From NCBI GenBank assembly GCA_963805855.1, contig CAWDVW010000002.1, positions 512,001-576,000 of the forward strand: 64,000 bases of DNA, written 5' to 3'. A model generated the notes under the pieces. That model was not told where the DNA came from. It saw nothing but the letters and a program-made list of their open reading frames with translations, and searched no databases. Shown here piece after piece: positions 42,850 through 53,851 of this stretch. Source of the DNA: Candidatus Dadabacteria bacterium. Its GTDB lineage: Bacteria; Desulfobacterota_D; UBA1144; Nemesobacterales; CSP1-2. The first letter of the stretch is position 1; each line of letters opens with the position of its first letter. The position numbers were made by a program, and so were the translations under genes.

Positions 42850-44292
42850 ATGAAAAAAAAGATTTTGGTAGTCGATGACGAGGAAAGTGTAAGGTGGGTA
42901 ATCGGTAAATGCCTTGAGAAGGCCGGTTACACAGTGGACTACGGAGCGAACGGGTCACAGGCTCTTGAAAAGGTGTCATCTGAATACTTCTCTCTGATAA
43001 TACTCGATATAACGATGCCTGACATAAGTGGACTCGAGGTACTCCATGACATAAGATCGAGGGGTATAGAGGTTCCGGTAATCATCATCACAGCTCAAAA
43101 TACGGTTAAAAACGCGATTGATGCCATGAAAGAAGGGGCATTCGATTACATTGCAAAGCCATTTGATTTGGATGAAGTAAGACTCACCGTCGACAGGGCC
43201 ATAAATAGCTATGAAAATGCGAGAAAGGTTGATTCTCTGACGGCAACATTGAACGAAGCAATGGAAATACATCAGGGTATAGTCGGAAAATCTCCGTCGA
43301 TGCTCAAGATCTATAAAACAATAGGGCGCATAGCGGGAAAAGATCTAACGGTGCTTATCGAGGGCGAGAGTGGCACGGGAAAGGAGCTTATAGCCAGAGC
43401 CATACATATCAACAGTCCCCGAAAAGACGAAAAACTGGTATCGGTGAATCTCGCGGCCCTGCCAAAAGATCTTATTGAAAGTGAACTCTTTGGATATGAG
43501 AAAGGGGCTTTCACAGGGGCATCAATAAGAAAACAGGGCAGATTTGATGAGGCTGCCGGCGGAACCCTTCACCTCGATGAAATAGGTGACATGCCATTTG
43601 AACTTCAGACAAAGCTTCTAAGGGTTCTGGAAGAGAAGAAATTCTACCGGCTAGGCAGTGAGAAACCCGTCGAGGTAAATGTAAGAGTTATTTTATCCAC
43701 AAACAAAAGATTAGAAGAAGAAGTGGAGAAAGGCACCTTCAGAAGGGATCTTTATTACAGGATAAATGCCATAACTATAGTGGTTCCTCCGCTAAGGAAA
43801 AGGAAAGAGGATATCCCACTTCTGGTGGATTACTTTAATGAGAAGTATTCAATTGACCTCGGCATTTATAAAAAAGCATTCTCCGTCGGAGCAAAAAAGA
43901 TATTGCTTGAATACAGTTGGCCGGGAAATGTAAGAGAATTAGAAAACACAGTCAAGAGGGTTATTGTTCTCTCATCAGAGAACATGATTACATCGGATGT
44001 CCTCCTCGATGCTGCTCCTTACTTAAGGGGGGAAAAGAAAGAGACAGACGAACTCTTTGGTGAATATATTAAATCCAAGCTCGAAGTCTTTTTGTACAAT
44101 AATCAAGAGGAAGCCTCAGGTGCGATATACGATCTGGTAATTCAAAAGATTGAGAAACCGCTTATCGAAGAAGTGTTACGGATAGCCAAAGGAAACAAGA
44201 AAAGGGCTGCGGCGATACTTGGAATTAACAGAAATACGCTATCGAAAAAGATAGAGGAGCATGACATACAATATGAAGACACCCTCCTGTAA
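42850..44292 (+). CDS. ntrC: Sigma54-dependent response regulator NtrC-like
   Basis: Receiver domain, GESGTGKE, GAFTGA, WPGNVRELEN and Fis-HTH LGINRNTL. Confidence 0.85.
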   Translation: MKKKILVVDDEESVRWVIGKCLEKAGYTVDYGANGSQALEKVSSEYFSLIILDITMPDISGLEVLHDIRSRGIEVPVIIITAQNTVKNAIDAMKEGAFDYIAKPFDLDEVRLTVDRAINSYENARKVDSLTATLNEAMEIHQGIVGKSPSMLKIYKTIGRIAGKDLTVLIEGESGTGKELIARAIHINSPRKDEKLVSVNLAALPKDLIESELFGYEKGAFTGASIRKQGRFDEAAGGTLHLDEIGDMPFELQTKLLRVLEEKKFYRLGSEKPVEVNVRVILSTNKRLEEEVEKGTFRRDLYYRINAITIVVPPLRKRKEDIPLLVDYFNEKYSIDLGIYKKAFSVGAKKILLEYSWPGNVRELENTVKRVIVLSSENMITSDVLLDAAPYLRGEKKETDELFGEYIKSKLEVFLYNNQEEASGAIYDLVIQKIEKPLIEEVLRIAKGNKKRAAAILGINRNTLSKKIEEHDIQYEDTLL

Positions 44293-44294
44293 CA

Positions 44295-44966
44295 TCAACC
44301 CGTTTTCTTTGAGACCCCAAGTTTATTCAGCCCCTCTTTAGCGGCTGATTGCTCGGCCTCCTTTTTGTTGCTTCCCATCCCCTCGCCCAGAACCCTCCTC
44401 ATTATCTTTACCTCAACGTGGAAACACTTCTTATGCGGCGGGCCCTCTTCGTGGACAACTCTATATCGAGGAATTTGCTTGTACTTCTTTTGTGCTATCT
44501 CCTGTAGTTTAGTCTTATAATCAGTGAAAATATCTTTCTCATCGATCGAATTTTTTATGAGCTTGGATATAACCCTAAAAACCTTTCTATATCCACCGTC
44601 TAAATAAATTGCGCCTATTATCGCCTCGAAGGCCCCGGAAAGATTTGACTCCCTGTCCCTACCACCGGTTCTCTCTTCCCCCTTTCCTAGAATGATTTGC
44701 TTATCGATACCCAGTTCCCTCGTAAATTTCGCAAAGTTCACTCTGCTTACTATTGCACTCCTCTGTTTGGAAAGTTTACCCTCGGAAGCGCTTGGATGGT
44801 GGTCATACAACAGGCGCGCTACTACCAACCCCAAGACAGCATCCCCCAAAAATTCCAGCCTCTCGTTGCTCTCGATTGAAAACTCGTTAGCATAAGAACT
44901 GTGCGTCAGTGCGGTTTTAAGAAGCGCTCGATCTTTAAACTTATACCCTAGACTCTTTTCTACCAT
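44295..44966 (-). CDS. rnc: Ribonuclease III
   Basis: NERLEFLGDAVL, FEAIIGAIYLD and dsRBD KKEAEQSAA. Confidence 0.95.
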   Translation of the reverse strand: MVEKSLGYKFKDRALLKTALTHSSYANEFSIESNERLEFLGDAVLGLVVARLLYDHHPSASEGKLSKQRSAIVSRVNFAKFTRELGIDKQIILGKGEERTGGRDRESNLSGAFEAIIGAIYLDGGYRKVFRVISKLIKNSIDEKDIFTDYKTKLQEIAQKKYKQIPRYRVVHEEGPPHKKCFHVEVKIMRRVLGEGMGSNKKEAEQSAAKEGLNKLGVSKKTG

Positions 44967-45138
44967 GGGCAAAAAACCCTATCATAATGAGGTAAAAAAT
45001 CAACCGAAACTTCCAGTCGCAAGCACCTTCAAAATATACGATCGGTTCGCATAAGTCTATATGAGATTCGGCGTAATATTCATAGTCGATTATAAAATCC
45101 AATTTTGTAATTTTCAATGTTTATTTTTTAAAACCGCG

Positions 45139-45155
45139 TGCCTCTTTTTTAAGCA
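45139..45155. promoter_or_regulatory. Putative NtrC binding site
   Basis: TGC-N11-GCA (TGCCTCTTTTTTAAGCA), about 60 bp upstream of the sigma54 motif. Confidence 0.5.
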
Positions 45156-45216
45156 TGATTTTGCTACACAACGAAAAAAACGACCCTATTTTCCGATTGA
45201 TTTGCCTTCTGTGAAG

Positions 45217-45232
45217 TGGTATGTTGTTTGCT
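45217..45232 (+). promoter_or_regulatory. sigma54 -24/-12 promoter of glnB-glnA
   Basis: TGGTAT-GTTGT-TTGCT (GG-N10-GC). Confidence 0.7.
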
Positions 45233-45238
45233 TATTAG

Positions 45239-45601
<363 letters not shown>

Positions 45602-45649
45602 AGTTAAAGCCAACAAAAGCAGACTTTTATAAATGGAGGACGAAGACTA

Positions 45650-47125
45650 ATGCCCACAAAAAAGAAAGAATCTAAGAGTAAAGGCAAAGGAGGTATAAAT
45701 GATATGTTTCCTGAAAAGCCAGGAGATGTTATAAAATTGGTGAAAGACCAGAATATAGAGATAGTGGACTTGCGATTTCTTGATTTCCTTGGGACTTGGC
45801 AGCATTTTAGCGTGCCAGCTCATGAGCTGGATAGTAACGCATTTTCAGACGGACTCGGTTTTGACGGTTCAAGCATCCGGGGATGGCAATCGATTCATGC
45901 AAGCGATATGCTGGTTGTGCCAGACCCAAAAACAGGAAGAGTCGATCCGTTCCTGACGGTTCCAACTCTTACCATACTATGCGACGTTGTTGACCCGATA
46001 ACGCGTGAGCCTTATTCTCGCGATCCCAGAAATATTGCAAAAAAAGCAACTGCGTACATGAAAAGCACCGGGGTAGCAGACACCGCCTATTTCGGCCCTG
46101 AGCTGGAATTTTTCATACTGGACAATATACAGTACGAGCAGACTGCCAATTCGGGTTTCTACTTCCTGGACTCAGTGGAAGGGATTTGGAACTCTGCAAG
46201 AGATGAAAATCCGAACCTCGGTTATAAACCAAGGCACAAAGAGGGTTATTTCCCAACCCCGCCAAGTGATAATTTTCAGGATGTCAGATCGGAAATGGTA
46301 AGGACACTTGAACAGCTTGGCGTCATAGTTGAGGCCCATCACCATGAAGTGTCAACAGCAGGACAGGCAGAAATTGATATGCGATTTTCTCCTATCGTGG
46401 AAATGGGAGACAGGATGATGTGGTATAAATACGTATGCAGAAACGTTGCAATGAAACACGGTAAGACCGTCACATTTATGCCTAAACCAGTTTTTGGGGA
46501 CAACGGCTCTGGTATGCATACACATCAGTCCCTCTGGAAAAATGGGGAACCTCTTTTCGCCGGAAACAGTTATGCAGGATTGAGTGAACTGGCAATGAAT
46601 TATATCGGGGGAATCCTAAAACACGCACCGACTATTTGCGCCTTTGCCAATCCTACGACAAACTCATACAGGAGACTGGTGCCCGGATTTGAAGCGCCTG
46701 TAAACCTAGCATATTCGGCAAGAAACCGAAGCGCAGGGGTCAGAATACCCATGTATTCGCCAAGTCCTAAGTCCAAAAGGATCGAAGTGAGGTTTCCAGA
46801 TCCGGCATGTAACGGCTACCTGACATTCTCTGTTATGCTCATGGCAGGTCTTGATGGGATTGAAAAGAAAATCAATCCCGGTGAGCCACTGGATAAAGAC
46901 ATTTATGCACTGGGGCCCGAAGAGCTGGCGGGTATCCCATCAGTTCCGGGTTCCCTTGAGGAAGCACTTAAAGCACTTGAGAATGACCACGAGTTTCTAC
47001 TTAAAGGCGATGTATTCACAGAGGATGTGGTTGAGACCTGGATCGACTACAAGACTGAGAATGAGGTTAATCCCGTAAAGCTCAGACCTGTTCCGTATGA
47101 GTTTGTACTCTATTTCGATGTATAA
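45650..47125 (+). CDS. glnA: Glutamine synthetase type I
   Basis: [34 protein letters not shown] and RIEVRFPD. Confidence 0.97.
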   Translation: MPTKKKESKSKGKGGINDMFPEKPGDVIKLVKDQNIEIVDLRFLDFLGTWQHFSVPAHELDSNAFSDGLGFDGSSIRGWQSIHASDMLVVPDPKTGRVDPFLTVPTLTILCDVVDPITREPYSRDPRNIAKKATAYMKSTGVADTAYFGPELEFFILDNIQYEQTANSGFYFLDSVEGIWNSARDENPNLGYKPRHKEGYFPTPPSDNFQDVRSEMVRTLEQLGVIVEAHHHEVSTAGQAEIDMRFSPIVEMGDRMMWYKYVCRNVAMKHGKTVTFMPKPVFGDNGSGMHTHQSLWKNGEPLFAGNSYAGLSELAMNYIGGILKHAPTICAFANPTTNSYRRLVPGFEAPVNLAYSARNRSAGVRIPMYSPSPKSKRIEVRFPDPACNGYLTFSVMLMAGLDGIEKKINPGEPLDKDIYALGPEELAGIPSVPGSLEEALKALENDHEFLLKGDVFTEDVVETWIDYKTENEVNPVKLRPVPYEFVLYFDV

Positions 47126-47165
47126 AACAGTGCTACCAAAGTAAATACCAGAGATTAAACGTTAT

Positions 47166-47204
47166 AAAAGGCGGCTGGCACTAAGAAAGCTATGCCGCCT
47201 TTTT
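47166..47204. terminator. Bidirectional intrinsic terminator between glnA and nuoL
   Basis: AAAAGGCGGC...GCCGCCTTTTT. Confidence 0.7.
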
Positions 47205-47225
47205 ATTAATTAGAACCCCTCAGGC

Positions 47226-49199
47226 TCAGCCAGCAGAAATTACGATATAGACAATTATGGCTAGTGCGCCTATCGCCATCGCTGCCGCGTAGAACCTAAG
47301 CATGCCTGTTTGCGCAAATCTCAAGACAGAAGCAGTCCTGATAACAACGCCCGAAATTCCGTTTACAGCACCATCAATTATATTCACATCAAACCTAGCG
47401 GCGCTCTCTGAAATGCTGTTAAAAGGTCTTACAAAAATAGTATCGTATGTTTCATCTACAAACCACTTTGCATAGGAAAACCTATAGACGGTAGATACTA
47501 TATTACTCCTCATAAGACTCTGTACTGAAGCGGGATTTATTATATATAAGTAAATGGCAATCATAGCCCCAACAACCGCGGCAATTATTGATAATAATGT
47601 TGCACTCCAATGTCCCAGAAAATCATGCAGCGATGAGCCTATGTCTGTTAAATAAAGCGAGGGCGACAAGAAATCCTCGAAAATGTTTGAATGCGAGATG
47701 CCAACTACCTTGGCCATGAAATCAGGGACCCCTATATACCCGCCAAATATAGAAAGTAACGCAAGAACCAGAAGGGGAATTGTCATCGTGTACGGGGACT
47801 CATGAATATGACTCCTGATTGATTGAGAGACACGGGTGCTGCCCTCGAATGTGAGCAGATACAATCGAATCATGTATAATGCCGTTAAACCTACGGTGAA
47901 GAGTGCAATAAACCAGTGCACTATATAGCCTCTTTCGATCAAAGAAGCAAGAATCCCATCCTTACTATAAAACCCCGATAGGAGAGGAATTCCGGATATT
48001 GCAAGAGTACCAATAAGAAAGGTGTATGAAGTAAATGGAATGTACTTTCTCAACCCACCCATTTTCCTGACGTCCTGTTCGCCGGCAAGAGAATGAATTA
48101 CGCTACCTGAGCCCAAAAACAGCAAGGCCTTAAAAAATGCATGCATCACAAGATGAAAAATACCGGCAGCATAAGCCCCAACCCCAATTGCCATAAACAT
48201 GTAACCGAGCTGACTTATTGTCGAATAGGCGAGCACCTTCTTAATATCATTCTGAGTAATAGCGATAGAAGCTGCAAGCAATGCAGTAAAAGCGGCTATC
48301 GAGACCACCAGCATCTGAGCGGTAGGCGACTGTGTATAAAACGCACTACACCTTGCCATCATGTACGCACCAGCAGTAACCATCGTGGCAGCATGTATTA
48401 ATGCGCTAACAGGTGTAGGACCCGCCATGGCATCTGGGAGCCAGACATAGAGTGGGAACTGAGCAGATTTGCCAACCGCACCAATGAATAGAAGAAGTGC
48501 GATAACGGTAATTAGGACACCGGGAATGGCATTGATGAAAACGGGATCCACGGCTTTGCCGAAAACATCGGAAAAATTCGTCGACCCAAATACATAAAAA
48601 ACCAAGAATATACCGATTATGAATCCAAAGTCCCCTATTCTGTTTACAATAAAAGCCTTTTTACCAGCACGTGCCTTCTCATAATCTTCATACCAGAATC
48701 CTATCAGAAGATAGGATGCTAATCCCACACCCTCCCAACCCACAAACAAGAGCGGGAAATTGTTACCCAACACCAATACCAGCATAAAGAAAACAAAGCT
48801 ATTAAGATAAGTGAAATACCTCGAATAAGAGCGGTCATCGTGCATATACCCGATAGAATAGACATGTATTAAGAAGCTTACCCAGGATACTACAAGAGCC
48901 ATGACACATGAAAGGGGATCAAACAGAAACTCAATACTTACCGAAAAATCTCCTGAAGGAATCCATAAATATAGCTCCTGAACTAGTTGTCTATCCGAAG
49001 GGGACAGCCCTAGAAGACGAAGGAATAAGATCGAAGACAGTATTGCAGAGATAAAGATTACACCACATCCCAGAAAGCTGACAATCCTATTTTCTGTCTG
49101 TTCGTCCCCTCGAATAACCTTTTTCCAGAATCCGGAAGCAAACACTAAACCATTAATCGCTGCACCTATTAAAGGTGCTAGTATTATCCAAACAAGCAC
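47226..49199 (-). CDS. nuoL: NADH-quinone oxidoreductase subunit L
   Basis: GWEGVG, NRIGD, KSAQFPL..WLPDAMAGPTPVSALIHAATMV and HAFFKALLFL. Confidence 0.95.
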   Translation of the reverse strand: MLVWIILAPLIGAAINGLVFASGFWKKVIRGDEQTENRIVSFLGCGVIFISAILSSILFLRLLGLSPSDRQLVQELYLWIPSGDFSVSIEFLFDPLSCVMALVVSWVSFLIHVYSIGYMHDDRSYSRYFTYLNSFVFFMLVLVLGNNFPLLFVGWEGVGLASYLLIGFWYEDYEKARAGKKAFIVNRIGDFGFIIGIFLVFYVFGSTNFSDVFGKAVDPVFINAIPGVLITVIALLLFIGAVGKSAQFPLYVWLPDAMAGPTPVSALIHAATMVTAGAYMMARCSAFYTQSPTAQMLVVSIAAFTALLAASIAITQNDIKKVLAYSTISQLGYMFMAIGVGAYAAGIFHLVMHAFFKALLFLGSGSVIHSLAGEQDVRKMGGLRKYIPFTSYTFLIGTLAISGIPLLSGFYSKDGILASLIERGYIVHWFIALFTVGLTALYMIRLYLLTFEGSTRVSQSIRSHIHESPYTMTIPLLVLALLSIFGGYIGVPDFMAKVVGISHSNIFEDFLSPSLYLTDIGSSLHDFLGHWSATLLSIIAAVVGAMIAIYLYIINPASVQSLMRSNIVSTVYRFSYAKWFVDETYDTIFVRPFNSISESAARFDVNIIDGAVNGISGVVIRTASVLRFAQTGMLRFYAAAMAIGALAIIVYIVISAG

Positions 49200-49242
49200 G
49201 CTCTATTTACTCCTGTCCTTGAATGTTAACTTCATCAATGAT

Positions 49243-49548
49243 TTACCCTTTAAGCATTTTTAGAATATCGATATTAAGGCTCTCACGGTGCGTGTAAACC
49301 GAAACAACAAGGGCCAACCCTACAGCCACTTCAGCCGCAGCAACGGTTATTGACATTATCATGAATACCTGACCCGTCATGTCTCCGAGCACCTTCGAAA
49401 AGGCAACAAATGCAAGGTTTGCAGAATTGAGCATCAACTCTATCGACATGAGCACTATGATTATATTCTTCCGTGTGATGACACCAAAAGTGCCTATAAC
49501 AAATAGTATTGAGCTAAGGACAAGGTAGTGTTCAACGCCAGTTGTCAC
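49243..49548 (-). CDS. nuoK: NADH-quinone oxidoreductase subunit K
   Basis: MSIELMLNS and AAAEVAVGLAL. Confidence 0.95.
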   Translation of the reverse strand: MTTGVEHYLVLSSILFVIGTFGVITRKNIIIVLMSIELMLNSANLAFVAFSKVLGDMTGQVFMIMSITVAAAEVAVGLALVVSVYTHRESLNIDILKMLKG

Positions 49549-49549
49549 A

Positions 49550-50059
49550 CTAATTGAACCTCCTTTTGGCTATCGCCACCACCCCTATTATGGCAACTAC
49601 GATCAAGACCGATGTGAGCTCGAAGGGTAGAATGTAATCCTTGAATAAAACAGTCCCGACACCTTCCACTGTTCCAAACCGGTTATTCGAAATTGCTTCG
49701 GCGCCATTCAAAGCTAAGCCCTTGTTGAATGCTAGACTCGTTAAATAACCGACCACGACAAGTATCACCAATAAGACACCAAACCTGATAGGACTGTTTT
49801 GATAATCGAACCTGAGCGAGTCCTCATGGAGGTTTAGATACATCACGGTAAAGATAAAAAGCACTATTATCGCCCCGGCATAGACAAGGATCTGAATTGC
49901 GGCAATAAACTCAGCAAGGAGTAAGATAAAGAGCACCGCGGTGGAGAAAAGCGTAAGAACCAGTGACAGAGCACAAACCACGGGATTCCCGTGCGTAATA
50001 ACAAGAAGAGCCCCCGCCACGGATGCAGCGGCAAAAATGTAGAAAAGTATCGATTCCAA
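49550..50059 (-). CDS. nuoJ: NADH-quinone oxidoreductase subunit J
   Basis: QILVYAGAI and LFKDYILPFE. Confidence 0.92.
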   Translation of the reverse strand: MESILFYIFAAASVAGALLVITHGNPVVCALSLVLTLFSTAVLFILLLAEFIAAIQILVYAGAIIVLFIFTVMYLNLHEDSLRFDYQNSPIRFGVLLVILVVVGYLTSLAFNKGLALNGAEAISNNRFGTVEGVGTVLFKDYILPFELTSVLIVVAIIGVVAIAKRRFN

Positions 50060-50342
50060 CTCAGCTTCGCCTCTGTGAATTAGTTAGACGAATGGTATCT
50101 GATAATGGGAAAAATTCAACCTCAAAAAATGTGGATATAGTGCCTAAACTTACTGCCGGAAAAATAAAATATTATAATGTCGTAATTTGACGGCCGATCC
50201 AGGATCAATGGATCGAGAGATAAATTTTGAATTGAAAATTTAATGAGAATCACATATATTTGATTCGCTTTCACCGGTATTTCTTTGAAATTTAATTTTC
50301 ATAATTGACTATCATCTTTGATTGAACTAAGGAGGCCCAAAT

Positions 50343-51104
50343 ATGAGACTCAAAGGCAAAACCGCTTTGATAACTGGTGGAGGTGAGGGAATTGGTAAAG
50401 CTACAGCCCTACTTTTTTGTAGAGAAGGGGCGAAGGTTGGGATTACTGGAAGAACCAAAAAGAAATTAGACCAGGTTGTAAGGGAGGCGAGAGGTAAAGG
50501 GGAAATTGTGGCTTTTTCCGGAGATGTATCGTCAGAAGCACACGTCAAAGATACAGTAAATAAGTTCCTAAAAAGATTTAAAAAAATTGACATACTGTTT
50601 AACAATGCCGGTGTGCTCGAAGCCGGAAATGTTTTGACGACCTCCGTGGATTCGTGGGACAAGACAATTGTCATAAACATCAAAGGTATGTTTTTGATGT
50701 CAAAATATGTAACACCACATATGATTAGAGATGGAGGAGGTTCAATAATAAATAACGCCTCGGTTTTAGGATTCATAGGTTGCGAAAATACTCTCGCGTA
50801 CAGCGCATCAAAAGGGGCTGTTATGCAGTTCACAAGAAGCATGGCGCTGGACCATGTAAAGCAGGGAATCAGGGTAAACACAATTTGCCCTGGTTTTATA
50901 AAAACTAAGATGAATGAAGATTTTATTGGGAACCCTCCTGATGCACAAAAACAACTGGATGAAGTAGCAGCAAAATTAGTACCGATGGGAATGCGCGGAG
51001 AGCCCATGGACATAGCATACGGCATCCTTTATCTTGCATCTGATGAGGCGAAATACGTCACGGGATCAAGCCTTGTTATCGACGGCGGTTGGACTGTTTA
51101 TTAA
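50343..51104 (+). CDS. SDR family oxidoreductase
   Basis: TGGGEGIG, NNAG and YSASK. Confidence 0.9.
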   Translation: MRLKGKTALITGGGEGIGKATALLFCREGAKVGITGRTKKKLDQVVREARGKGEIVAFSGDVSSEAHVKDTVNKFLKRFKKIDILFNNAGVLEAGNVLTTSVDSWDKTIVINIKGMFLMSKYVTPHMIRDGGGSIINNASVLGFIGCENTLAYSASKGAVMQFTRSMALDHVKQGIRVNTICPGFIKTKMNEDFIGNPPDAQKQLDEVAAKLVPMGMRGEPMDIAYGILYLASDEAKYVTGSSLVIDGGWTVY

Positions 51105-51136
51105 AACTAATTTTATTCCTAACGAACAAATGTCGG

Positions 51137-51802
51137 CTATCTGCTTTTTACCACACCTATTTTCTCGCATAACTGTTCAACGGGGCATTCGGTGCACTTT
51201 GGAGAAATGGGTCGGCAAACAGTTTGTCCAAAGGCGACCAGGAGGCTGTTATAATCTATCCAGTATTTTCTTGGAAGCTTTTCCCTTAAGACCATTTCGG
51301 TTTCAAAAGGCGTCTTTGTTTCTATAAACCCCCATCGATTCGAAATCCTGTGGACATGCGTGTCAACGCAAACTCCAGGTTTTCCGTATCCCAGGGTCAC
51401 AACCAGGTTAGCAGTCTTTCTTCCGACACCTTTTAGCTTGAGAAGCTCATCGATCTCATCGGGAACCCTGGAATCATATTTTTCAATCAGAGTCTTGCAA
51501 ACGTCTCTTATAATCTTTGCCTTGGTCCTATAGAATCCCACGGGGTAAATTGCCTTTTCAATCTGCCTTGAACTAATCGCAAGCATATCCGATGGGTTAT
51601 TAGCCATCTTAAATAATCTTCCAGAAGCGCTACTAGTAGTCTCATCCTTTGTTCTAAGGCTGAGAATAGTCGATATCAAAACCTTAAATGGATCACGACT
51701 TCTCTCAGCCGTATGTGTAACGGAGGGCATTTTCCACCTTTTGTATTCTCTTTTTAAGATGGCAATAATCTTAGGAATATCTCGTGTTTTAAATCTTCCC
51801 AT
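51137..51802 (-). CDS. nth: Endonuclease III
   Basis: HhH LKGVGRKTANLV, VDTHV and the 4Fe-4S motif CRPISPKCTECPVEQLC. Confidence 0.92.
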   Translation of the reverse strand: MGRFKTRDIPKIIAILKREYKRWKMPSVTHTAERSRDPFKVLISTILSLRTKDETTSSASGRLFKMANNPSDMLAISSRQIEKAIYPVGFYRTKAKIIRDVCKTLIEKYDSRVPDEIDELLKLKGVGRKTANLVVTLGYGKPGVCVDTHVHRISNRWGFIETKTPFETEMVLREKLPRKYWIDYNSLLVAFGQTVCRPISPKCTECPVEQLCEKIGVVKSR

Positions 51803-51913
51803 TTTCCGACTGATCAATTTTTGTTTTGACGAAATACAGAACCATACATAAAAGTTGTGATATGAAAATTTACTGCAATCAAAGTTTGGCGATACTAGCG
51901 GCTTCTTACCCGT

Positions 51914-52705
51914 TTATTTGCACTCATGAGTGGACTCCTTCGCCAATTTTATAGCGCTATCTAGTCCTTTTTGGAAATAATCAAAATGCTCATCTAAAAA
52001 ATCGAGATATGCTTTTCTCTTTGTTATTAGTTCTTCTATACTTTCTGGCTTATCGGGCCTATATTTTTCAAGTATTAACATGAAATATTGTGTGAATGAC
52101 CCAATTATATGGTCAACAACGTTTCTCAAACCCTCACTATACTTGGCTTCAATCTCTTTCAGTTTGGTATCGTTTAGTTGCTTAAGAGACTTGAAATTTT
52201 CATTGCTTACAATGTCCGGCCCTTTATTTTGTATCGCCCTAATGACGGATTGGAAATCTAATTTTTTTATTTTCAATTCAAAGGCTAAATACAAAAAGTG
52301 GGCTAATCTATCCCAAGCACTAGCTAACAATCGAATCCCATAATCAATATTGTACCAAAACATAAAATCATCATAAGTTTGTTGATTCGTATGCTTAAAA
52401 TCACATGTAAGCGGTAAAAAATATTCAGCTGATGAAATAGAAACCGCAATAGTCAAGCGAATGTGTCTTATCTCCTCATAAACGTAATCAATTCTATACT
52501 TTTCAGTTACTTCAAATGGGTGCTGACCCGATAATTGAGGAAGTGGCTTACCCTCAGCTAGGTATACCACTTTCTCTAATTCTGCTTGTTTATCTCTCGT
52601 TTTTTGTATTGCTTCAAAATAAGACTGTGTAAAATTAGTCGAATCAGAGAGTAACCCCGGATATTTTTGCTCTAGTATGTTGAAAATAGCACTACTGTAT
52701 TTCAT
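51914..52705 (-). CDS. Putative HEPN-domain protein (Cthe_2314-like)
   Basis: Helical AT-rich ORF with SAWDRLAHFL and the RxxxxH motif RNVVDH. Start overlaps the upstream stop by 4 bp. Confidence 0.55.
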   Translation of the reverse strand: MKYSSAIFNILEQKYPGLLSDSTNFTQSYFEAIQKTRDKQAELEKVVYLAEGKPLPQLSGQHPFEVTEKYRIDYVYEEIRHIRLTIAVSISSAEYFLPLTCDFKHTNQQTYDDFMFWYNIDYGIRLLASAWDRLAHFLYLAFELKIKKLDFQSVIRAIQNKGPDIVSNENFKSLKQLNDTKLKEIEAKYSEGLRNVVDHIIGSFTQYFMLILEKYRPDKPESIEELITKRKAYLDFLDEHFDYFQKGLDSAIKLAKESTHECK

Positions 52706-53703
52706 TTATTCCTAATATTAATTAGGTTGACAATAACCTTAATTATTGTTTCTTTCTCTTCGGGTTTACTGACCGCAATCATGAGTGTAAGAGCGACTAA
52801 TGCATTATCTGCAATACGCTTTGTACCATCATCTCTGTAAAGCAAGCCATTTTTTTCTAAGAACCAAATAAAGATAAAGGCGGCTATTCTCTTATTGCCA
52901 TCAACAAAAGAATGGTTTTTTACAATAAAATAAAGCAAATTAGCCGCTTTTTCTTCGATACTGGGATAGAGTTCGCGGCCATCAAAGGTTTGGTATATAG
53001 TGTCCAAAGAACTTCTGAAGGATTGATCTTTCTCTTTGCCAAATAGTTCGGATGCGCTGTAAGTTCCTCTTAGTCTATTTATTGCCTGGATCGCCTCTTC
53101 ATATTTAATACTGAATCTTTCTCTTCTTTCCGTATCCTTAATTTCCAGTTTTTGATGATCATATTTGTCTAATACGTCGAAGGCATAACTATAATCGTTA
53201 ATTAAATTTATGAGTGCTAAGGCCTCATCTGAACTCTAGTGCTTTTTGATCTGAAACAGTTCCTATAAGTCTTATTGTATTTTTTAAGTCTTCTAATTGA
53301 CTTTCCTTTTCTCTCAGCCGTCTTTCGTTTAATGAATAGCCCTTAACGAGATGGTCTCTTAACACATTTGTTGTCCAGATTCGAAATTGAGTACCTCGTT
53401 GGGATTTTACTCTGTAACCTACGGAAATTATTACATCTAAGTTGTAATGAATCTATATCTCTCTTTATTGTTCTTCCACCTTCTCTTTGAACTGTTGCAA
53501 ATTTTGCAACAGTTGAACTTTGATCTAATTCTCCCTCCGCAAATATATTGCGAACATGTCTAGATACCACGGACTTATACTCTTTGAAATAACTCGACCA
53601 TCTGGCTAAGAGAAAGCCATGCAGTATCTTGCTGGAGATTAACTTCAAGCTTCGTTTCCCCATCTTCGGTTTGATATATAACTACCTCAGATTTATTTTC
53701 CAT
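52702..53703 (-). CDS. RhuM-Fic/DOC fusion protein, three +1 frameshifts
   Basis: MENKSEVVIYQTEDG, WLSLSQMVELF, SRHVRNIFAEGEL, YNLDVIISVGYRVKS.RGTQFRIW and the Fic motif HSFVDGNKRIA. About 332 aa after removing three single-base insertions. Confidence 0.85.
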
Positions 53704-53719
53704 GGTTGAATATTCTTTC

Positions 53720-53851
53720 AACTATCGAAAAATACGCGACAGTTGAGTTTATTTCAGTTATTGCAAAATTTGCAACAGTTGGATCTTTCCGAGTTGTTCG
53801 ATATCTTCGAACAGTTCAATTCGTTCACTTGTCTGGAAATTCCGGACAACT
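53720..53851. repeat. Array of four 25-nt variant palindromes (period 36/36/35 bp) homologous to the intragenic palindrome at 53490-53514
   Basis: AACTATCGAAAAATACGCGACAGTT, AGTTATTGCAAAATTTGCAACAGTT, AGTTGTTCGATATCTTCGAACAGTT and ACTTGTCTGGAAATTCCGGACAACT. Confidence 0.8.

Noticed and set aside
50327-51025. 232-aa antisense ORF over the SDR gene
   Set aside because: Common antisense shadow of SDR genes.
53720-53851. CRISPR array interpretation of the 36-bp periodic array
   Set aside because: The units are only 25 nt with variable cores and 10-11 nt linkers. There is no identical direct repeat with 30-nt spacers and no cas genes in the window.
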